From contig OZ024754.1 in the NCBI GenBank assembly GCA_964016885.1, positions 31,806,001-31,870,000 on the forward strand: DNA of 64,000 bases, written 5' to 3'. The number at the start of each line of letters is the position of its first letter. Within the stretch, counting starts at the first letter, position 1. A program made the translations under genes and the position numbers. This document shows positions 57,070-64,000 of the stretch, in pieces. This DNA is from Eledone cirrhosa. Its lineage: Eukaryota. The notes below the pieces were generated by a model. The model saw only the letters and a program-made list of their open reading frames with translations, was not told the origin of the DNA and searched no databases.

Positions 57070-60000
57070 TTTCTTTATTTGCCACAAGGGCGCAACAAGA
57101 AAAGGGGACAATACAAAGAGATGCCGGGGATTTTACATACAGTCGTGTAAAAAATATAAAAACAAACAATTTCAACAATCGAAATCCCCAATAGGGGGGA
57201 GGCGCCACAAATGGGTTGTTTAATACCCCGTCGATAGAACAACCCTCAACTCCAGGAGCGTGTTGTGCAAGTGCTCCCTTCTTCCTTTTGCTCTCTTCCT
57301 CAACCTACAGGCTTATAAACAGAGAAGGCCCAATCACTCGGGCCATTTTCGCTTCATTCACCGACCTTTCAGTAAATTTACTGGGGTGCAGTGCCTCTCT
57401 CTCCACCCTGATTCTCTTTCTAAAGTGATACTTAAAGAAGGGAATCAATTGTTGTCCGGAGAGAAAGGCATCTGTCCTCAGTCCTCCCAACCTCGTCCAC
57501 CATATAACTTCTTTCACCATAGCCACCGTACAGAGGTAAACCGCCTCTCTTTCGTTTTTGAAAGAGTCTGGCGGTTTGATCCTTACTATGGACTCGGCAG
57601 TCAACTGGATTTGTCCCATACGCGACAGCAGTTGTTCTGCATAGTTCCACAGGTCGCTTACGCCCGGGCTGTGTACAATTGCGTGCAGAACTGTTTCAAT
57701 GTCCCGCGCACATCTTGGACACGTCCTCTTGGAAGGATCCCTGCCAGGGCGTCCGTGCCTGTAGATCTTGTCACGAACCGGTAGAGCTCCTCGGTAGCAC
57801 TGCCAGGCCAGGGACCTCTGGAAGTTGTCCATAGGTCCCGGGCGGAAAGTCCTACCAAACAGACTGGTGAGCTCATCGTCTTCGACGCCCAGAGTCTCTC
57901 CGAGCACGTCGTCGCCCTTGTAACGTACAATCCCTCTATAGAATGTCGAAGTGGAGTCTCCACTGATTGCTGCGCCCGCTTGCCAGAGGACTGTGAGCGC
58001 CTGAGCGCATTCAATGTGCCAGGCGCCCATCGTTTTCGGTCTTTTCTTCACCCAGGACTGCAGCTCCGTTAGCGAGACGAGCTGTGGGAAAGCCTGTCTC
58101 ACAAACGGTGCCCACACCGGTTGGGGGTCGGTGAGGAATACCTGGAGATTCCGCAGCCTCAGCGCATGTTTGCGCATCATCAGCCACGGCATTCCCAGCC
58201 CTCCGTTGGAAGGGTGCTGACAGCAGACGGATCTCCTCACCAGCGGAGCCTGCTTCTTCCACAGAAACTGGAAGAGTATGCGTTCCATCTTGGCGAGGTG
58301 TTCACGGGGACAAGGCACGACAGTCAAGCGGTAGTAGATGACGGACGCTATGAAAGTGTTCGCCACCTCCGCTCGACCTTTCAAGGACAGTTTGCACTCT
58401 GCCCACTTCTGAGTGAGTGCAAACACCTTGGCCGTGACCTCGTTCCAGTTTTTCTCCACCTGGAGGTCTGGACCGAACCAGACCCCGAGCAATTTCACCG
58501 GTCCGTCCAGCGTCCAACGACGCTGTCGGATGTCATCGGTTTGCCTCTCCACGTACCGAGTTGCAAACCGACAGACTTGTCTAGGTTTAGTTTTGCTCCC
58601 GTCAGCGTTTCGTATTCTTTCAGTAAGTTGCCGATCACCCCGATTTCCGAGGTGCTCGACACCATTACCGTCACGTCGTCGGCATCAGCCGACGCCGCTT
58701 TGCGCAGTCCCGGTTCTAGGGGGATGCCCTGCAACAGCTCCAATTTCCGCAGTAGTGGCTCTAGAGTCAATACATACAGAATGGAGGAGAGAGGGCATCC
58801 CTGTCGAATGGAACGCGTGATTGCGAACGGCTCCGATAGGTAGCCGTTCACCTTGACCCTCGAGCAGATGCTGGTGTGCATCACCTCGATCCATCCTCTG
58901 AACACGGGACCGAAACCGGCCGCCTTGAGAACCGCTTCCAAGTATCGATGGTCGACCCTATCGAATGCCTTAGACTGATCCAAGTTGATCAGAGTCCCAC
59001 CGAAGCCGGGTTTACTACCCACCCTCTCTATGATGTATCGCATGAGGTGGAGGTTGTCGTGTATGGACCTGGTCGGGATTGCACACGTTTGCGCTTTCCC
59101 TACCAGGTTCTCGACGACAAGCGCCAACCTCGTCGCTAGCACCTTGGCCAAAATCTTTAACTCTGTGTTGAGCAGAGTTATGGGCCTGAAGTTGTTAATT
59201 TCGTCCCCCTTGTTCTCGTCTTTCCTGATCAGCGTTACTACGCCCTTGCCTGCAGAACTGGGAATTCTCCCGTTCTGCTGCCAATTGCAGTAGACGGCTT
59301 CGAGGACGCCAGAGAACAAGTCCGGCATGCCTATGTAAAATTCGTAGGGTAGACCATCTAGACCGGGTGACTTGCGTTTCCCGCAGCGGCCCAGAGCGTA
59401 CCGTATCTCAGTGTCCGTGATCGGTCTTTCGCAGAACTCGGCGTCCGTGTTCGAGAGACGCGGCAGGCCGTCGAGGTATGAACTAAAGTCCATTGCCCCG
59501 TTCGGCTCACCGTCATTCTGCTCAAACAGTCGCGCAAAGTGCCGCTGAAAGGCCGCGCACATTTGCTTGGGGTCAAGTAGCACGCGTCCGTTTTGGTCTT
59601 TCAAAGATCGAATCGTGGACTTGTTGCCACTTTTTGCCTCCGCCACTCGGACCCAGCTGACAGCTTTCGCTCCTTCATTTCCTAGAGCACGTGTTTTGCT
59701 TCTGACCACGCAGCCTTCGTGTTTCGCATCGAAGAACTGGTCCAGTGCCGTTCTCGACGCTAACACTCTAGCCGCGTTGCCACTTCTAAGTGCCTCCTCT
59801 ACCTTGGCTACTAGTTCTCTTTCTATTCTGTTTTTCTCTAAGGCTAACTCTCTGCTATACCCTATCGATTCTATTCTAATTGCTTTCTTGAGAGAGTACC
59901 ACCATCTATTGTTGACGATGGCTCCCGTTAACTGTTCCTTGACTAGTCTACTTATCCGTTCACTGTAAGCTTTACGTGCCGGCAACGACACGTTCAGCTT

Positions 60001-60529
60001 CCAGTATCCGGGACCCTGTCTATGTATTCTATCACGGTTGACTAAGCAGACGACTAACTTGTGATCTGAATAGGCAACCATGTGCATTCGTGGACAGCTT
60101 AACATCTCCTTGTCCCTTTCTCTAATGAAGAACCTATCTAAATACGATCTAGATGTCCCACTGTGGTGCAGTCGGGAAATCCAGTCGATACCTATCGGCC
60201 AGTTGGAATTGGCCGATTAAAGTTTTGAGGCTGTTGCACCCCGCTCTACTGGGACATGCTCCCACATAGTCCCATCGTGCATCTAGGATACCATTCCAGT
60301 CCCCCACTAAAAGTAAGGAGCGAGACGTTCCCAGAAAAGACTCTAGACGCTTAAAGAAATATGGCCGTGATTGCGATTGCCCGGTCGGGGCATAAACGAC
60401 AACCAGTCTGAAGGCTCCACCTCCGATACTGTTCACGTCTAGGACTACCAGTCTACCCTCCGGATCCAAGTGTACTAGCTGTACTCCGACGTCCAGGTTC
60501 TTCCGAAACATAACAGCCACTTCACCTCC

Positions 60530-60530
<1 letters not shown>
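57069..60530 (-). mobile_element. 5'-truncated L1/Tx1-clade LINE (ORF2: APE, RT, CCHC), inactivated
   Basis: APE motifs (VVVYAP, GDWN, SDH, PGYWKLN). RT motifs (KSPGLDGL, FRPITLLN, LDQSKAFDRV, RQGCPLS), with YADD degraded to DADD. C-terminal CPRC…H. At least two frameshifts. AATAAA at the 3' end, then (CT)n. Confidence 0.95.
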
Positions 60531-60621
<91 letters not shown>

Positions 60622-60646
60622 CGTTTGCTTTGTTACTTCTGTTTAC

Positions 60647-60696
<50 letters not shown>

Positions 60697-60720
60697 TATA
60701 TATACATATATATATATATA

Positions 60721-61742
60721 GGTCGTGTGCAAAAGCACATGTATTAGGCTTGCGACAGATCAGTCTTAAGATATTATCTTAGGAGAAGTGATTTTAATTT
60801 CTGGGTGCCTACCGAAGATCACAGAAAATTGATTACTTCACTAATAATTATTTTATAAATAGTTGTTCCATAATTAATTAATTATTTCATTAGTATAACA
60901 TCCCTTGTGAAACAGGTTTATGCTTTGAAGTTCCGCCCGATCTGCTGAAAAGGTTTGAATTTTGAAATTTAAACTTGTCTAGGCACCAGGCAGTTGCCAT
61001 TTTACGTCTGTAAGTATAGATTTAATATTTAATATTCTCTAGATCGATACAGACGGACTATATGTACTTGAATTAAGGTATTTCTATCTGGCTAAAAAAT
61101 TATTGTCATTTTGCAAAAAAAACACAGTAGTGTTGATCATATATTTTTTTAAATTATAATGTAATGCTCAGAAGTATTTTCTTAGAGCTTAATATTTGTA
61201 ACTGACTACTAAACTGAAATTAATCTGCTCCTACGGTTGAGCTGAATTCATAATCACATATTCACGGCTGCTATTTCTAGCACCATGGATATGAGCCAGA
61301 ATGCTGAGAAGGTCGTGTGCAAAAGCACATGTATTAGGCTTGCGACAGATCAGTCTTAAGATATTATCTTAGGAGAAGTGATTTTAATTTCTGGGTGCCT
61401 ACCGAAGATCACAGAAAATTGATTACTTCACTAATAATTATTTTATAAATAATTGTTCCGTAATTAATTAATTATTTCATTAGTATAACATCCCTTGTGA
61501 AACAGGTTTATGTTTTGAAGTTCCGCCCGATCTGCTAAAAAGGTTTGAATTTTGAAATTTAAACTTGTCTAGGCACCAGGCAGTTGCCATTTTACGTCTG
61601 TAAGTATAGATTTAATATTTAATATTCTCTAGATCGATACAGACGGACTATATGTACTTGAATTAAGGTATTTCTATCTGGCTAAAAAATTATTGTCATT
61701 TTGCAAAAAAAAACACAGTAGTGTTGATCATATATTTTTTAA

Positions 61743-61750
<8 letters not shown>
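60721..61750 (+). mobile_element. Partial-tandem element (about 440-bp direct repeats, 590-bp period) between (TA)n tracts, one large hammerhead-like motif per repeat
   Basis: GGTCGTGTGCAAAAGCAC…AAATTATAAT at 60721-61160 and 61311-61750. Confidence 0.88.
60804..60987 (+). ncRNA. Expanded hammerhead-like motif (core CCGAAGA, GUC site); second copy 61394-61577
   Basis: ggtgccta-CCGAAGA(60812-18)-[90-nt domain II]-GAAA(60909-12)-caggttta…taaacttg-TC-taggcacc. Perfect 8-bp stem I and 8-bp stem III. Confidence 0.72.
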
Positions 61751-61821
<71 letters not shown>

Positions 61822-61824
<3 letters not shown>

Positions 61825-61949
61825 CGAAGGAAATGTGGTAAGGAACCAGGTGGACCATAACGCACCAAAGTACTCAATACTTGGGGTAGTAGAGTGGGTA
61901 ATAGGAACCAGTAAGACCCCGACGGCTGAGCTCAAGCCGTTTCGACGGC
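61822..61949 (-). mobile_element. Family B element, truncated within HHR stem II and joined to the UGT upstream flank
   Basis: Matches 44685-44811. It ends …GCCGTTTCGACGGC, which overlaps by CGGC with sequence homologous to 26990-26993. Confidence 0.8.
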
Positions 61950-62107
61950 ATTGCGCAACCATAGTCGAAAGTTCCTGACACGGTATCTCCACCATTCACG
62001 ATTTTCCATTGTTTCTGTCAAATGTATAGCCGCTCCAGCGTAAGAATTAATGGTTGTGTGGTTGTTGTGGAACACAAACCTATAAGTTAAAACATACAAC
62101 TTAAAGG

Positions 62108-62151
<44 letters not shown>

Positions 62152-62214
62152 ACATATAACTACCTGATTCTAGTGCATAAAAACAACTCTATTTCTTATA
62201 TAACCACAGTTTAA

Positions 62215-62237
62215 TCTCTCTAAATCTGTTATTTCAG
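62215..62237 (+). promoter_or_regulatory. Probable 3' splice acceptor 21 nt upstream of the UGT copy 3 ATG
   Basis: TCTCTCTAAATCTGTTATTTCAG|GACACAACTTTGTAGAAAACAATG. Confidence 0.65.
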
Positions 62238-62258
62238 GACACAACTTTGTAGAAAACA

Positions 62259-63776
62259 ATGAAGAGTTTATTTATCACAACTCTGGTATTATGCACTGTT
62301 ATCCCTTTAAGGACAGTTAGCAGTGAAAATATTTTATATCTAGCATGGCCTTTTTATAGTCACATAAATCCGATGATTTCTATAGCAAACGAATTAACAA
62401 AATATGGACATAAGAACTATTTTATTCTGAGTAAAAAACTCACTGAAACTTTCCACAACGAAAAATACATAATTTCCATTCCAATGGATGACATACCAGA
62501 AATTGAAAAAATACGATCTGACGCACAGAAGCAGACTGAAACATCAAAACGTATTTATATGATGCGAAACAGATTGAAGAGATTTCCTATACTGTGTGAT
62601 AGATTTTTAAACAATGAAAAGTGGATCGATTCACTGAGAGCCGTCAACGCCAGTTTAGTTGTTATCAACGGGTTGTTTTTTACGAATTGTCTTACAATTA
62701 TTGCTTATCAACTCTCAATACCGTTTGTTATCACAGGATCTGAGATATTTCCCAGTATTCATCGTATTCCCTGGCTCCCCAGTTTTTTCCCAAATAGCAT
62801 TATCGGATTCACGGACAAGATGACATATTTAGAAAAGATAATAACTACTTTGTTTTCTATTGTAGTGTATAGCATTCCTCCCATAGGATCAACTCCACAC
62901 AGTATCAAAACATACGCTCAAGACAAACCTGATATCTCTTTGATAGATTTACTGCACCAGGCACAATTTTTTCTGATTGAAAAAGATATACTTTTAGATT
63001 TTCCTATACCCCAACTTCCAAACGTAAGATATGTTGGTGGTCTCGTTACAAAACATTCGCTACCCTTGAAGGGAGAATTACTGGAATTTGTAAATGCTTC
63101 TAAGAACGGAATAGTCCTTGTATCATTTGGCAGTAATATCGATGATTTCCCCGATGCTCAATTAGAAAAACTACAAAATGCTTTTAAACAAATAAAATAT
63201 GATGTTGTGTGGAGACAGAAGAAAACATCATTTTCTCATAAGAATATCTATCTCAGTAACTGGATACCACAAAATGACCTGCTTGGACATCCAAAAACTA
63301 AATTGTTTGTTACTCATTGTGGAAATAGTGGTCAGTTTGAAGCTTTGTTCCATGGTGTACCAATGCTAGGAATTCCCTTATTTGGTGATCAACATTATAA
63401 TGCACGTAGAATGACCACCAAAGGATATGGTGTTTCTCTAGACATAGAAAACTTTACTAGTGAGGAATTAATAGAAAAAATAAATGAATTGATTGAAAAT
63501 GATAAATATTCTAAGAACATTAAAAGAGCAAGTGAAATATTTCACTCTCGTCCCGAACATCCAGCAAAGAAATCAGCTCGCCATATTGATCATATTTTAA
63601 AGTATGGTGGAACATATCTAAAATCTCCATGTCAAGAGAGTCCATTGTATGAATTTCTCATGATCGATGTGTTGGTTCCTATATTTGCAGTGACATTTCT
63701 ATTGATATATTTCATATATCTGATTGGAAAAAAATGTTTATCTGTTTGTTGTAAGAAGAAGAGCAAAATTGATTAA
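62259..63776 (+). CDS. UDP-glucuronosyl/UDP-glycosyltransferase, copy 3, 505 aa, intronless CDS
   Basis: Same architecture and UDPGT signature as copy 1. It differs at about a dozen residues, all in the N-terminal half. Confidence 0.96.
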   Translation: MKSLFITTLVLCTVIPLRTVSSENILYLAWPFYSHINPMISIANELTKYGHKNYFILSKKLTETFHNEKYIISIPMDDIPEIEKIRSDAQKQTETSKRIYMMRNRLKRFPILCDRFLNNEKWIDSLRAVNASLVVINGLFFTNCLTIIAYQLSIPFVITGSEIFPSIHRIPWLPSFFPNSIIGFTDKMTYLEKIITTLFSIVVYSIPPIGSTPHSIKTYAQDKPDISLIDLLHQAQFFLIEKDILLDFPIPQLPNVRYVGGLVTKHSLPLKGELLEFVNASKNGIVLVSFGSNIDDFPDAQLEKLQNAFKQIKYDVVWRQKKTSFSHKNIYLSNWIPQNDLLGHPKTKLFVTHCGNSGQFEALFHGVPMLGIPLFGDQHYNARRMTTKGYGVSLDIENFTSEELIEKINELIENDKYSKNIKRASEIFHSRPEHPAKKSARHIDHILKYGGTYLKSPCQESPLYEFLMIDVLVPIFAVTFLLIYFIYLIGKKCLSVCCKKKSKID

Positions 63777-64000
63777 AATAATTTCTGTGTTAATATATAG
63801 TGTTGAGAATTCTATTATTTTGTATTATATGTTGTATGCTTCTTGCTCCTTTGCTCACACACGCCCAAAAGTGGGTGCAAACGAAAGAAAATAACAATCA
63901 ACACATATTGTGTAACTCAAGAATAGATATATTAACAGTTCGATATATTTATACATTACTAGGTACATCAAACGCTTTCAAATTCTTGTAAACAGGTCTT

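Overview
Eukaryotic, repeat-rich animal genomic DNA. The SINE families, extreme (TA)n/(CA)n density and gene style suggest an octopus or other coleoid cephalopod; this is inference and was not verified. The only host genes are three near-identical UDP-glycosyltransferase (UGT) genes with single coding exons: 25072-26589 (-), 30787-32305 (-, +1 frameshift near the 5' end) and 62259-63776 (+). About 18.6 kb is satellite DNA: a 24-bp array at 1-8790 and a 29-bp array at 33539-43330. Their long ORFs are artefacts of the repeat units. The rest is mobile DNA: a decayed Penelope-like element (RT + GIY-YIG), a second GIY-YIG fragment, a 5'-truncated L1/Tx1 LINE inside a (GA)n tract, an RTE tail, about a dozen tRNA-derived SINEs and MITEs. 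The main unannotated signal is a dense set of short non-coding elements, mostly sitting in (TA)n tracts and arranged as fold-back palindromes or partial tandems. Reading them by eye I find about 20 hammerhead-ribozyme (HHR) motifs from roughly 9 sequence families. These include core variants (CAGAAGA, CCGAAGA, CCGAUGA), versions with greatly enlarged stems II/III, and a permuted form. One further family is truncated or folded back inside stem II in all six copies. All RNA structures were paired manually and are untested.
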